A stretch of 64,000 nucleotides of DNA from a virus (taxonomy: Duplodnaviria > Heunggongvirae > Uroviricota > Caudoviricetes): IMG/VR virus record IMGVR_UViG_3300037312_000757, one strand, 5' to 3'. The notes below the pieces were generated by a model. The model was given only the letters and a program-made list of their open reading frames with translations. It did not search any database and was not told where the DNA came from. The position numbers and the translations under genes were made by a program. Below are positions 40,024 to 49,760 of this stretch, piece after piece. Positions within the stretch are counted from its first letter, which is position 1, and each line of letters starts with the position of its first letter.

Positions 40024-40785
40024 ATGATTTTCAAATTACTCGGAAAACTAGTCGATCGCTTTGAATGCAAACGCCCGCCATATGCTACTGGTGTGGAATG
40101 GGAAGAGTGGCAAAAAACTACAAAGAAGCAACAACCAATTCGTTACTTCCTGTTTGACACCATTCCGACCTTGTGCCGACGTTTGAACATTCGTCGCTTA
40201 CAACCGGTGAAGTATTGGTTCATTCATAGAACAACCAATCGTATGCATGTAGTAAAGCCAAAAACGTTGAAACCGGGCTATACCCATCGTGAAGATCGCA
40301 TGCTTCATACGTGCTTTCACGAGCTAACTACTTATGTTGAAGGTTCATTGGCTGCTCGTAACTTTTCATATTGGGAAGAAGGTCGTCCTGAAGGCAGGTC
40401 GGATCTGCGTTGGAAGTTTAGTTCAAAACGTAGACGGTCTACGCTTGCCAATCGCATTGAAGCTGGTGTACAGTATTTGGATTGGGAGATCAATGAGCCG
40501 ATGTGTGCTGGTTATCAAGCACAAGCCGCTAAAGAATTCAAGGATCTGTATTTGTGGTGGACTGTTCAACGTCCTCAACGTTTGGACGCGTGGAACGATG
40601 AGAAGCTAACCAGTCTCGAATCACCAGAAGATCGTACCCAACATGAAGGCCGGTTGTTCTCTAGTAACATACCGGCCTCTACGCGTTTGTATTGGGACTG
40701 CGCGACAGAACTGAATCAGTTTTATGAAGATCAAGATCAGAAAATGCTTGAAGCTCTGATCAAGGTTAGGCAGCGCCTGGATTAA
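40024..40785 (+). CDS. Hypothetical phage protein
   Basis: 253 aa ORF, Trp-rich, LYLWWT..RP.R motif. Confidence 0.75.
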   Translation: MIFKLLGKLVDRFECKRPPYATGVEWEEWQKTTKKQQPIRYFLFDTIPTLCRRLNIRRLQPVKYWFIHRTTNRMHVVKPKTLKPGYTHREDRMLHTCFHELTTYVEGSLAARNFSYWEEGRPEGRSDLRWKFSSKRRRSTLANRIEAGVQYLDWEINEPMCAGYQAQAAKEFKDLYLWWTVQRPQRLDAWNDEKLTSLESPEDRTQHEGRLFSSNIPASTRLYWDCATELNQFYEDQDQKMLEALIKVRQRLD

Positions 40786-42088
40786 GCAATTCAGACAAGA
40801 TAGCTGTCAAGTCACGACCCAAGGACTGGAATTCCACGAAATTGCCATTCTCATCAAAGATGGCATGCACAATCCAGTCTTGAATCTCTGTTACACCGTT
40901 CATCATCTCGAAGTGCAATTGGAAACGACCAGTTGGGCGGTGTGCATCCAAATTCATCAGCATGTCATGGTAACTTTGACGGTCTGATGCCGGGATACTT
41001 TCCAAAAAGTTCTTGCCAATCACCTCTTGCTCCGATACACCAAAGTGATCCAAGTAGGCTTTATTCACTCGCTTAATGATACCAAGCTTGTCATAGCTTG
41101 CAAACATGTCAACGCTGTTGTTCACGAAAGCATTATTGACACGTGTGGCGTGCCCCAGATCGTTTTCAAGCTTGCGAATCTCTGTGATGTCTTTCAGCGT
41201 GATGAGACTTGCATTGCTTGTTTCCCACTTGATTAGTGTGCTTGAAACCAGCAGCTCAACCGCTTCACCATTAGCTTTGATGCCTGTTACGACATAGTTC
41301 TTAGGAGAGCTATCACCGTTCATGCGAGCGGTGTGGTGGTCGTTCAGTGTCTTGATACTTTGCTTGTGGAAGAAGCCTGTTAGTGGCTTTGCGATGAAGC
41401 TCTCACTTGGATAACCAAGTACGCGAGTGATTGCTGGATTAGCGGCTACAATATGATAGTTCTGCACCACAATGATACCGTCGAAGCTTTGTTCAAATAC
41501 TGAACGGTAACGACTTTCGTTCAACTTCAGTTCACGTTGCATTTCCATAGTAGTGCTAACATCTCGAACCAAAAGCATTGAAATGTTAGAACCGTCCATG
41601 CGTTGCATATGAGTAATTGAACCGTCGATCCAGAACAGATCACCGGTCTTGCGCTTTCCACGCAAAGTCTCAAATGGCGTGTTCATCAACGCATCTGGGT
41701 GATACGCCGAGAACATGTCAAGGATTTCACGTGGTGAAATCGATGGCTCACCAATTTTACGGAACAGCAGATCGATTGAATGGCCTACAACGTCAGTTGA
41801 CTTCCATCCAAAAATCAACTCTGCCGCTGGGTTGAATGACTCAATCTTGCCGCTGTCTGAACAGACGATCAGTGCGTCTGCTAGAAGCTTGGATGTTGTC
41901 TCAATTTGACGCAAGCTGTCATCCAAGCGTTCCTTCAAACGGAAAGTCACGTCGTGTGCGGCATCGGCAGTTGACGTAGCTGCTTCAAGTAGAAGCGCTT
42001 GACTGTCATGAATCTTCGCCATTTGTTCAAGCTCACGATCCTGCTTGGCTTGTTTCTTCTTACGATTCCACATGGTAAAAATCCTCAC
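40766..42088 (-). CDS. Stand-alone triple PAS-domain protein without output domain
   Basis: PAS motifs FNPAAELIFGW...RKTG...VRDVS, ANPAITRVLGY...KANG...KDITE and VNKAYLDHFG...GRDLT; N-terminal coiled coil. Confidence 0.85.
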   Translation of the reverse strand: MRIFTMWNRKKKQAKQDRELEQMAKIHDSQALLLEAATSTADAAHDVTFRLKERLDDSLRQIETTSKLLADALIVCSDSGKIESFNPAAELIFGWKSTDVVGHSIDLLFRKIGEPSISPREILDMFSAYHPDALMNTPFETLRGKRKTGDLFWIDGSITHMQRMDGSNISMLLVRDVSTTMEMQRELKLNESRYRSVFEQSFDGIIVVQNYHIVAANPAITRVLGYPSESFIAKPLTGFFHKQSIKTLNDHHTARMNGDSSPKNYVVTGIKANGEAVELLVSSTLIKWETSNASLITLKDITEIRKLENDLGHATRVNNAFVNNSVDMFASYDKLGIIKRVNKAYLDHFGVSEQEVIGKNFLESIPASDRQSYHDMLMNLDAHRPTGRFQLHFEMMNGVTEIQDWIVHAIFDENGNFVEFQSLGRDLTAILSELLNPGAA

Positions 42089-42342
42089 AGCTTGCCTTTG
42101 ATCTCAAACAGAACGAACTTCAAGCTGTTCAACGCTTCACTTAGCGTTACGTTACCCTTAGTGTAGTCCTCAATGATTTTGTCGATCTTATCATCTTTCT
42201 TTTCGATCTCTTCAAGCAAACGCTTGCGTTCGTACCACAGGAACAAGATGATTATGATGAGAACTGCGATAATAGCAGCTGGTCCGCCTCCCAGAAGTAC
42301 GCCGAAAAGTTTTTCAAATAGTGTGTCCATATTGCCGCCCAT
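42085..42342 (-). CDS. Single-TM coiled-coil protein (holin-like architecture)
   Basis: GGPAAIIAVLIIIILFLWY then charged coiled coil; TAAATA at 42361-42366; stop overlaps the PAS gene start. Confidence 0.7.
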   Translation of the reverse strand: MGGNMDTLFEKLFGVLLGGGPAAIIAVLIIIILFLWYERKRLLEEIEKKDDKIDKIIEDYTKGNVTLSEALNSLKFVLFEIKGKL

Positions 42343-42486
42343 CGCGAAAGGGGTTTATCGTATTTATGGGTCCCACTCGCTCACTTAAATCGCCTGTTTA
42401 ACTTACATAATGTAACACTCCAGATTCTTTAGCCAAAAGAAAAACGGCTAGGTTGCCCTAGCCGTTTAAACGAATCTTGTGTGCGT

Positions 42487-42792
42487 TTACATGAAACGCA
42501 GCTTGAAGAACATGGCCATGTCGCTGTCTACAAACTCGAATGCCAGTCCATGAAAGTACATTTTCTCCTTGCGATCGTCGAACAGCCCAAACATCCTGTA
42601 GTCTTTCGGAGTAAGTTCATTGTCCGAAAACCACTCTTTCAACTCGCTAACGCTGTGATCTTGCGTGATCACTACACGAAACTCCTGCAGATTTTGGTTA
42701 CGGGGGATGCGCGTTGCACACTTCCGAATCTTGTCAGCGTTGAAACGGCTTGCTTTTGCTTGATTCCAGTTGTAGTTAGTCTGTACGATCAT
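42487..42792 (-). CDS. Hypothetical protein, W..DN / A..FKL family
   Basis: KEWFSDN and FEFVDSDMAMFFKLRF. Confidence 0.7.
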   Translation of the reverse strand: MIVQTNYNWNQAKASRFNADKIRKCATRIPRNQNLQEFRVVITQDHSVSELKEWFSDNELTPKDYRMFGLFDDRKEKMYFHGLAFEFVDSDMAMFFKLRFM

Positions 42793-42797
42793 TTCCC

Positions 42798-42983
42798 TTA
42801 TTGGCTCCGAAAGGGATTAAACAAAAACTGCGCTTGGGTGAACATCAAGGGTTTTGTGCTGCCGTCCGACTTTTCGATCTTGCCAGTAAGACTTACTGAT
42901 GTAACTTTTACTGGTCTCCCACGCGTCTGTCGTTGTTTTTGTGCATCACAGAAGCAAGTATAGCTGAGCTGTGGCTGCGTCAA
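42798..42983 (-). CDS. Small hypothetical protein
   Basis: Fills the gap between genes; possible TTG start overlapping the upstream TGA. Confidence 0.4.
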   Translation of the reverse strand: MTQPQLSYTCFCDAQKQRQTRGRPVKVTSVSLTGKIEKSDGSTKPLMFTQAQFLFNPFRSQ

Positions 42984-43726
42984 AGCATTTGTAATAGTAT
43001 TATCCGCATCGATTTGCAATTCTGCAACACTACACATTCGCCAAGCGATTCAACATCCCAGTTCCCACCCAGTAAGAGTTGCAGCTTCTTGGCAACGAGC
43101 TTACCACCGTCGTTCATACTGACGGCAGCTTCGTTCAGATGGTACTGATTGAACAGGCGGTCCTTTTGACCGAATGACAAGAACGTGAGGTGTACAGATT
43201 CACCCGCGCCACACAATGACAAAGACGCACCTTCAAGAATAACATCATTAAGATCGCTTGCGTGGAAAAATTCATGTATTTGACTGCCCAATTCAGCAGC
43301 CATGACGCGTGCAACAAGCTTGACGTTAAACGCTTGGGTGCCTTTAACCGTGCGAAGGCGCATGCGCCAATCATTGATGCCGGCGAGGGCACCAACGTCA
43401 CGTAGAATGTTCTGAATGGCTTCTGCAAGCTTGTTATTCAGAGGCAATTCGACGAACACCATATAGTAGCCACGCACGTCGGGTGCGGGTGAAATATCGG
43501 TGTCGAGCAGATCAACATAGCTCTTCTGGATGAAGCGATTCAAGTCTTGTGCTGCGCTGCGGTCTTTCACATAGAACGCGAGCACAATTGCGGACTCGTC
43601 AATCTTGCTGTTGTATTCGTCAATGCTAACCACGTCGCTAACCAAGTTCTTGAGGTCATTGCGACGCAAGCCTTCATTCAGCAAATCGCTCGCAATTGAA
43701 TCGGGGCGTGCTTTACGTTCACTCAT
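42980..43726 (-). CDS. Hypothetical phage protein
   Basis: SIDEYNSKI...VLAFYVKD..AAQDL..FI; start MSERKA overlaps the upstream stop. Confidence 0.75.
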   Translation of the reverse strand: MSERKARPDSIASDLLNEGLRRNDLKNLVSDVVSIDEYNSKIDESAIVLAFYVKDRSAAQDLNRFIQKSYVDLLDTDISPAPDVRGYYMVFVELPLNNKLAEAIQNILRDVGALAGINDWRMRLRTVKGTQAFNVKLVARVMAAELGSQIHEFFHASDLNDVILEGASLSLCGAGESVHLTFLSFGQKDRLFNQYHLNEAAVSMNDGGKLVAKKLQLLLGGNWDVESLGECVVLQNCKSMRIILLQML

Positions 43727-44228
43727 TGCCTTCATCTCCACCAGCTTCTGATGCGTCACTCTGGGTGGCATCAATGCCGTCATCCGCAGTGTGGTATGCA
43801 GTGTCAGCGTTTACACCATCATCGACTGAACTATTCACATCATCAGCGTCAATGCTTTGATCGTAGAAGTCGACGTCAGAATTGTTCATGCCGCCAAGCA
43901 ACTTGCGTGGAATCTCGATATCGAGAACCCAGCACAAGTGTTGATCGTCATTTTTAAGCTTTTCTACGGGGACTTTGTTGTACTTGACGTAGATACCGTG
44001 CTTGAGTAGTCGAAGCGCGGCACGAGGATCAGGCATCCCTTCGTAGTCGTATCTGAGTGATACAGTCACCCAGAACTTACGGATCTTTGGGCCCTGCACT
44101 ACTTCACCGTTGAACCAGTGCTTGAACACGTAGATGTCCAGTGAGTCAAGAATGTCCTCGACTTGGATGAGAATATCCAACAGGTGAGGTGTTTCTTCGA
44201 TTGTTTTGAGGTCTAGTTTGTAGTCCAT
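43719..44228 (-). CDS. Hypothetical phage protein with acidic tail
   Basis: 169 aa; LDIYVFKHW.GEVVQGP...MPDPRAALRL; TAAATA at 44248-44253. Confidence 0.75.
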   Translation of the reverse strand: MDYKLDLKTIEETPHLLDILIQVEDILDSLDIYVFKHWFNGEVVQGPKIRKFWVTVSLRYDYEGMPDPRAALRLLKHGIYVKYNKVPVEKLKNDDQHLCWVLDIEIPRKLLGGMNNSDVDFYDQSIDADDVNSSVDDGVNADTAYHTADDGIDATQSDASEAGGDEGNE

Positions 44229-44328
44229 ATTAATTTCCCGCTTCAGCTATTTATGTATGCCGGAAATGAAAAGGAGGGTTGGCCCCTCCTGTTAAGCCAA
44301 CCCTCGGTCCACCTTAGTGGAGTGAAAC

Positions 44329-45168
44329 TTACTTAGCGAACTTCTCGAATGCTCGTTGGAAACGAGCAGCCTTCTCGTCAACAACTTCTTCGCCTTCGTC
44401 GTATAGCGCCAAGATCTCTTCGATAATTGGGTGACGTTCAACATCACCTGCATCGAACTCGAGAACTGAAATGTGGTCTGACTTCTTGTCAGCAAAGCGA
44501 CCGATGAAGTCCTTGAGACCGTTCTTTTCAAAACCACGATCGTGCTGGTTAACGTCACCAGTAATGATCATCTTGCTGTTTTCACCAATACGGGTAAGAA
44601 CCATCTTCATCTGATTTGGTGTTGAGTTTTGGCACTCGTCGAACAGAACCACAGCGTTTTTCAGTGTACGACCGCGCATGTAAGCCAGAGGAGCGATTTC
44701 GATCATTTCGTCTTCGATCATCTTCTCAATTTGCTGTGGTGTGTAGTATTCCTTGAACACATCCATGATTGGAATCACCCATGGGGCCATCTTTTCAATC
44801 AGTGTGCCTGGAAGGAAACCATGTTCTTCATCAACCGAAACTGCTGGGCGTGTGATGATAATCTTGTCTACTTGCCCTTCCTTCAATGCCTTGATCGCGT
44901 ACATTGTGGCGAGGAGTGTCTTACCAGAACCAGCTGGGCCGGTTGCGAACACGATGTATTGTTGTTCGTCTTCGAGAGCTTTGATGTATTTTTCCTGTGT
45001 GAGGCTTCTTGGGATGAGGTCAACGCGACGTTTGCGTGGGACATAGCGTTCGGTTTCTTGGACATCGTAACCAGGTTTGTACTGTTGGGTGTTACGATTT
45101 GCATTGCGTTCAGCGCGTGGGTTTGGTTTATCAGCGCGTTTAGCTCTTTTGGTCACTCCAGCCTCCAA
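44329..45168 (-). CDS. phoH: PhoH family ATPase
   Basis: GPAGSGKT, ITRPAV, GFLPG, PLAYMRGRT, DECQN, LTRIGE, TGD, RHP. Confidence 0.95.
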   Translation of the reverse strand: MEAGVTKRAKRADKPNPRAERNANRNTQQYKPGYDVQETERYVPRKRRVDLIPRSLTQEKYIKALEDEQQYIVFATGPAGSGKTLLATMYAIKALKEGQVDKIIITRPAVSVDEEHGFLPGTLIEKMAPWVIPIMDVFKEYYTPQQIEKMIEDEMIEIAPLAYMRGRTLKNAVVLFDECQNSTPNQMKMVLTRIGENSKMIITGDVNQHDRGFEKNGLKDFIGRFADKKSDHISVLEFDAGDVERHPIIEEILALYDEGEEVVDEKAARFQRAFEKFAK

Positions 45169-45383
45169 ATGCTTTAGGATGTGAATTTGTTTAAAACTAC
45201 TAACTTAATTGGCTGTTCTTCGTTATTTATGTACGCAGTTAACGACTTTTGTATAGCTTTATCTCAGCCAATTTCGTTATAAATGGAACCCTTGGTGGTT
45301 TCCACTTGGCAAAAAGCCAGCACCAACAGGGTTTCTGTCAGTTGCTGGCTTTTGTTTTACTGCTCGATTCTTCAAAGTATTGC

Positions 45384-45608
45384 TTATGTTACGTCTGCTA
45401 CTGTTTCATGTTCATACTCCCAATCATCACCTAGGAGTACATTTACGGCATCGAAAAAGCCTTCTGCTCTTTGCCTGCCTTTTTCGTGATAATGATCACC
45501 GTATTGTGCGACTAGCTCATCATCTTGAAATATTTCAATGTAACAGTAGTCGCCATTACAATCTGGGTCACTTTCCAGATAATGCACTACTTCTCTGAAT
45601 ACTGTCAT
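45384..45608 (-). CDS. Small acidic hypothetical protein
   Basis: 74 aa, coupled to the upstream stop. Confidence 0.6.
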   Translation of the reverse strand: MTVFREVVHYLESDPDCNGDYCYIEIFQDDELVAQYGDHYHEKGRQRAEGFFDAVNVLLGDDWEYEHETVADVT

Positions 45609-46168
45609 TATTCAGCCTTTGCTTTTGCCTTGCGCTTTGGCTTTGCTTCGGCAATAGGTTCTGCTTCAACTACTTGGGCAACTTCAGCAGTTGTGCCCAG
45701 AGCGCGTTCAACCGTTTCGTCGGTGCCGCCTGTTTGCTTGATTACGGCTGCTACAGACTGCGCCAAATCCTCTGGTGCAATTTCCACAGCAGGGGCGTCA
45801 GACGTGAGATCGAGAGCTGGCAGGCCCTTTCTGGCGCGTTCCTGAGCTTGTTGCTCAACCCAGATACCAACAGCCTCGGTGGTCTCTTTGCGGTACTTTG
45901 ACAGGTAATGCTTCATCAGGTCGTCAGCCTTGATATCTGGGAAACCGTTCTTGACGACCGTTGCTTCCATAACGTCGATAACAACCACTGCGCGGATCAG
46001 GTCCTTTTCCTTTACGCGATCAACGAAGTTGATGCTTTCATAAACTGACCATTGCCCGCCGTTCAGATCGGCCCAACCCGGTTTTGCAGTGTTAGCACCT
46101 TGTGCTGGGCGGTACGAGTTGTACACCAGCATGAAGGGGCGCTTCGAGAGATATTTCTTGTTGTACAT
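45608..46168 (-). CDS. Hypothetical protein
   Basis: 186 aa with Ala/Glu/Lys-rich tail. Confidence 0.7.
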   Translation of the reverse strand: MYNKKYLSKRPFMLVYNSYRPAQGANTAKPGWADLNGGQWSVYESINFVDRVKEKDLIRAVVVIDVMEATVVKNGFPDIKADDLMKHYLSKYRKETTEAVGIWVEQQAQERARKGLPALDLTSDAPAVEIAPEDLAQSVAAVIKQTGGTDETVERALGTTAEVAQVVEAEPIAEAKPKRKAKAKAE

Positions 46169-46181
46169 TGTTCTTTTTCTT

Positions 46182-46577
46182 TTAAAAGTCTTCGGTCACT
46201 TCGGAGAGGTCTTCGATATGAATGTCTTTCTCGAATCCTACCGAGCCGCCATAATAGCCATTGTGCGAGTTGCGGACTTCAATGTCAATATAACCATACG
46301 TCGTCATCAAAGTCCAAAACGCCGCTTCTTCGACTTCTTGGCGAGTTGATTCGCATGGCGTCCAATCTTTCTCTTCGATAAAGAGAACCACACAACCATT
46401 CATCCCATCATTAACAGGCAATGACACATGATTAAACCAAACGTCATTGCAGCAGGAATTCAAGGCCGTGAACACATAGTCGCCATCAGTAGTCGCAAAG
46501 ACTAGGTGATAGTTATTTGGATCAGTGTAGATACCAGTGATAGTACGGCCGATGATGGGATCAAATGCTGTTGCCAT
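46182..46577 (-). CDS. Conserved phage hypothetical protein
   Basis: SCCNDVW and T.YG.I.I..RNSHNGYYG motifs. Confidence 0.7.
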   Translation of the reverse strand: MATAFDPIIGRTITGIYTDPNNYHLVFATTDGDYVFTALNSCCNDVWFNHVSLPVNDGMNGCVVLFIEEKDWTPCESTRQEVEEAAFWTLMTTYGYIDIEVRNSHNGYYGGSVGFEKDIHIEDLSEVTEDF

Positions 46578-47504
46578 TTATTGCTTAGTGATGTTGATCA
46601 ATTCAACAATTGTTGCCGCCAAGTTGATCTCAATGTCTGCAACCAAGCTATGGTTCACCAGACCCTTGCGGATAACCAGCAGTGCATCGTTTTGTTGTTC
46701 TTCCGTGTTGCCCCAGAATTGCAGATTCTGGTACATGAAACGGTAGATATCGTTGTACTCTTCAGGCTGCGCTTGTGCGACTACCAACTTACGTGCTTCA
46801 GTGTATTTGCCTGATGCAAACAAGTTAGCCATTTCCAGCATGTAGTCTTTGCCGCCACTATCAGCTTTCTGCGGCGATTGCAGCTTACCGTCACGCACGT
46901 TTTGCTGAAGCAGGTTGATACACTTGCGCAAATCTGGGTGCGTCATATCAACGTATTCTTCCATCGTTTCGATGTCAAACTCAATATTTTCTGTTGCCAG
47001 AATTGTGCCAATGCGCACCATGAATTCGCTCACATCGAGCGCTTCAAAGTGGAAACCTTGGCAACGGCTATGAATAGCCGGGATGATTTTGTTTGGGTAG
47101 TTGCACGTAAGAATGAAGCGCGCCGTGTCGTGATACTTTTCCATTTCACCACGCAGAATACGTTGCGCAAGTGGTGACATTGAATCAGCTTCGTCAAGCA
47201 ATACATACTTGAAGTCGCCAAGCGGCCATGTGCTAACAAAGTTGACAATCTTGTCTTGCACCACGTCGGCATTACGTTCGCGCGACGCGTTGATCTCAAG
47301 AATGTCACCCTTGTTCACGTTCAACAACTTTAGCATCATCAACGCAAGTGACGTCTTACCGGAGCCTTGGACTCCACTCAGCAGCAAGTGTGGCAGTGCG
47401 CCATTCTTGAGCCATTGTTCAACTTGTTCACGTTGTGCGGGATCACGCCACACATACTCTTCGAGTGTTTGCGGGCGATAGGCCTCAGTCCAAAGCTTTG
47501 TCAT
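46578..47504 (-). CDS. Sliding-clamp loader AAA+ subunit (RFC small subunit / T4 gp44-like)
   Basis: WTEAYRP, GVQGSGKTS, EINAS, LLDEAD, FILTCNY, SRC. Confidence 0.93.
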   Translation of the reverse strand: MTKLWTEAYRPQTLEEYVWRDPAQREQVEQWLKNGALPHLLLSGVQGSGKTSLALMMLKLLNVNKGDILEINASRERNADVVQDKIVNFVSTWPLGDFKYVLLDEADSMSPLAQRILRGEMEKYHDTARFILTCNYPNKIIPAIHSRCQGFHFEALDVSEFMVRIGTILATENIEFDIETMEEYVDMTHPDLRKCINLLQQNVRDGKLQSPQKADSGGKDYMLEMANLFASGKYTEARKLVVAQAQPEEYNDIYRFMYQNLQFWGNTEEQQNDALLVIRKGLVNHSLVADIEINLAATIVELINITKQ

Positions 47505-47517
47505 TTTTTTGTTCTTG

Positions 47518-47874
47518 TTATTTGATCAGTTCAGATGTGTCAAGCGGGCAAGTATCTGTGACAACTTCTACGCTGTCTGGATACTCAACTTGCCATAGTG
47601 TAATGGTTTCCCCTTCCGGAGTCACATATTCAAAACCATTAGTCCAACGGCCATGCTTGACGTAAATCCACTGACCGGCTTGCAGATCGTCAACTTGTGG
47701 TCCAACGAGATAAACTTGGCACCAGCGTGGGCGAATGCCGTGTTCTTTCATATTGTCGTCACGCAGAATAATACCACCTGTTGAAACGCGAGCGCCCTTT
47801 TCCATGTTTGTGACATAGACAACATTGCGAAGGGGACGAAGTGTGCCTGTAACGGCTGATGAATGGGTTGCCAT
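47518..47874 (-). CDS. groES: GroES-like co-chaperonin
   Basis: LRPLRNVVYV, STGGIIL, VGPQ. Confidence 0.8.
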   Translation of the reverse strand: MATHSSAVTGTLRPLRNVVYVTNMEKGARVSTGGIILRDDNMKEHGIRPRWCQVYLVGPQVDDLQAGQWIYVKHGRWTNGFEYVTPEGETITLWQVEYPDSVEVVTDTCPLDTSELIK

Positions 47875-47898
47875 CTTGTTATTTCTCCTAATCCCGCT

Positions 47899-47927
47899 AT
47901 TTTATGCCACATGTAATGGCATGTCAA
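47899..47927 (-). promoter_or_regulatory. sigma70-like promoter with palindromic spacer
   Basis: TTGACA-tgccattacatgtggca-TAAAAT (17-nt spacer = TGCCA-N7-TGGCA). Confidence 0.8.
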
Positions 47928-48002
47928 AATTCGTGCCAGAAAAAGGATGGGTCGGTAATTGCTTACCGACCCCTAGGAGAGAAAGAACAATGGCCTTACT
48001 GC

Positions 48003-48365
48003 TTAATCGTTGAAGTCATCCTTCAAGATCTTCTTGCCGCTCTTCGGTGCAGTATTAACCGGAGCGGCAGTTTGTGACTCAGCTGACTTCTGGGCTAGAG
48101 CCTTAGCTTGGGCCATGACTTCAGCTGGGGTCAAAAAGGTATCGGGTGTAACTTCCTTCAGGCTGACGCGGCGGACAGCCTTCGGGTTCTGATTGTGATA
48201 TTCCTGTGCCACTTCTTCACGACGTTTCAGAATCTTACCACCAGGGCCGAGAATATCGCCACGGGCATTCATATTTGCGTTGCCGATCGCGATTTTTGTC
48301 TCGTTCTTGGTCAAGATTGGTGTGACATCAAGACTCTTACCTTTCATCGTTTTCACGCGGTTCAT
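48003..48365 (-). CDS. Hypothetical phage protein
   Basis: AIGNANMNARGDILGPGGKI; GGAG RBS; TAAATA at 48394-48399. Confidence 0.75.
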   Translation of the reverse strand: MNRVKTMKGKSLDVTPILTKNETKIAIGNANMNARGDILGPGGKILKRREEVAQEYHNQNPKAVRRVSLKEVTPDTFLTPAEVMAQAKALAQKSAESQTAAPVNTAPKSGKKILKDDFND

Positions 48366-48412
48366 AGGAATCTCCTAAAGTAATCTACTGTTTTATTTAT
48401 AAAGGTGATTCT

Positions 48413-48949
48413 TCAGTCTCTGATGAATTCCTTGATATCCAGCTCATACAGGATGGAGTCAACCTTGTGTACACCGATCAAATAAAGAGCATAGCTGGCA
48501 ACTGAGGAGCCACGCCCTACACCCCACCACACGCCTTCCTCACGCAGGGTAGAGGTCATGTAGATCAAGAAGCTTAGAACGTCTTCCATGGCATGCTTGC
48601 GAAACAGGTCCATTTCCTCAGCGATCCTCGCTCGTTCAATGTCAGTTTTGCAGCGTTCCAGCAGCCAGGCTTCTACATCAACAACTTTTTCATCTTCTGG
48701 CATCAGCCAATGCCGTTGCCGTGCTTTGTGAAAGTCCTCGGGTGAGATATCAAGTGGTTGCGCAAAACTCATGCTCTTTTCGGGAGCGTCAAATGTTTTG
48801 CACCACTTGTTATAAGTCTCGATTTTCTCGGACTGTTCAGCTAGGGCGTCTGGTGTTTGGAAATGTCCGTTGTAGAACATTTCCAAAACGCCTTGTTCGT
48901 TTAGAACAACTCTACCCCAGTCATCAATCTTCTGTGTCGCTATTGTCAT
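48413..48949 (-). CDS. Split DNA polymerase III alpha (DnaE) fragment
   Basis: RIAEEM...WGVGRGSSVASYALYLIGVHKVD...L..EF, ending just before the PDID catalytic motif. Confidence 0.8.
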   Translation of the reverse strand: MTIATQKIDDWGRVVLNEQGVLEMFYNGHFQTPDALAEQSEKIETYNKWCKTFDAPEKSMSFAQPLDISPEDFHKARQRHWLMPEDEKVVDVEAWLLERCKTDIERARIAEEMDLFRKHAMEDVLSFLIYMTSTLREEGVWWGVGRGSSVASYALYLIGVHKVDSILYELDIKEFIRD

Positions 48950-49640
48950 CTAGTCCGCCACTAATGATACGTGGTTTAAATTCAGGTCTGATGATAATAG
49001 CAGCTTCTGAGTCTGTCTTCAAAAATTGCTTTTCGATAAAGCTCATATCGTAGCCAAAGCTTGGTGCCTTGGACAAGTCGGCATTCTCGCCAGGAATGAC
49101 GTCAAAGGTGGTACCATCATTGCGTTCCCACCATGGCTGTGGATGGAATGAACGAGGTCCCACCCATTCAACCATAGACGGCAAATACATTGATGCGTGA
49201 CCCGCGAAACCACAGGTCAGATTCTCACGCGAGTCGCTGTTGATTTCGACAAAACTGAACATAACGTAGCCACCACCAAGCGCATTCAGCTTACTTTGGA
49301 AGATCACAGCAAGGAAATCCTCTGTTGGATCTTCAGGCATAACCATTGGGAAATTGCCAGTACGTTGACGACCTTCATCATCGAACATCATGTCGAGTGC
49401 GAACTCGTTGTCACGGCTAAACATGATAGAACTGCTAACAATGTGGTCGAACCAGAAATGGATTTTCTCGAGTGCGACTGATAGTTGCTGCTCATTGCAG
49501 CTTTCTTTGACATGCACTTCGGTTTTGAGTGAGTGCATATGGGCTGACAAAACATTGTCAATTACTCGAAGAGTCTTGAACTTGAATGTCATCCAACTAA
49601 AAGAGTCTGGGAGTAAATCGTCGTCATCAAATCCGCTCAT
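48924..49640 (-). CDS. Hypothetical phage protein
   Basis: 238 aa, overlaps the DnaE fragment start. Confidence 0.7.
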   Translation of the reverse strand: MSGFDDDDLLPDSFSWMTFKFKTLRVIDNVLSAHMHSLKTEVHVKESCNEQQLSVALEKIHFWFDHIVSSSIMFSRDNEFALDMMFDDEGRQRTGNFPMVMPEDPTEDFLAVIFQSKLNALGGGYVMFSFVEINSDSRENLTCGFAGHASMYLPSMVEWVGPRSFHPQPWWERNDGTTFDVIPGENADLSKAPSFGYDMSFIEKQFLKTDSEAAIIIRPEFKPRIISGGLDDNSDTED

Positions 49641-49760
49641 AACATTCCTTTGTGCGGGGCAATCCCCAGATTGAAAGATAAACTTGATGACCGCCGCTGT
49701 GGTTGAACAGCCAATGGGGCAACGGTCATCAAGTTTATTTATTAACTACTCAGTTAAATC

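Noticed and set aside
48924-49640. QueD/PTPS-like assignment
   Set aside because: Only vague resemblance (HMH, DPTEDFLA); canonical catalytic motifs cannot be confirmed without a profile search.
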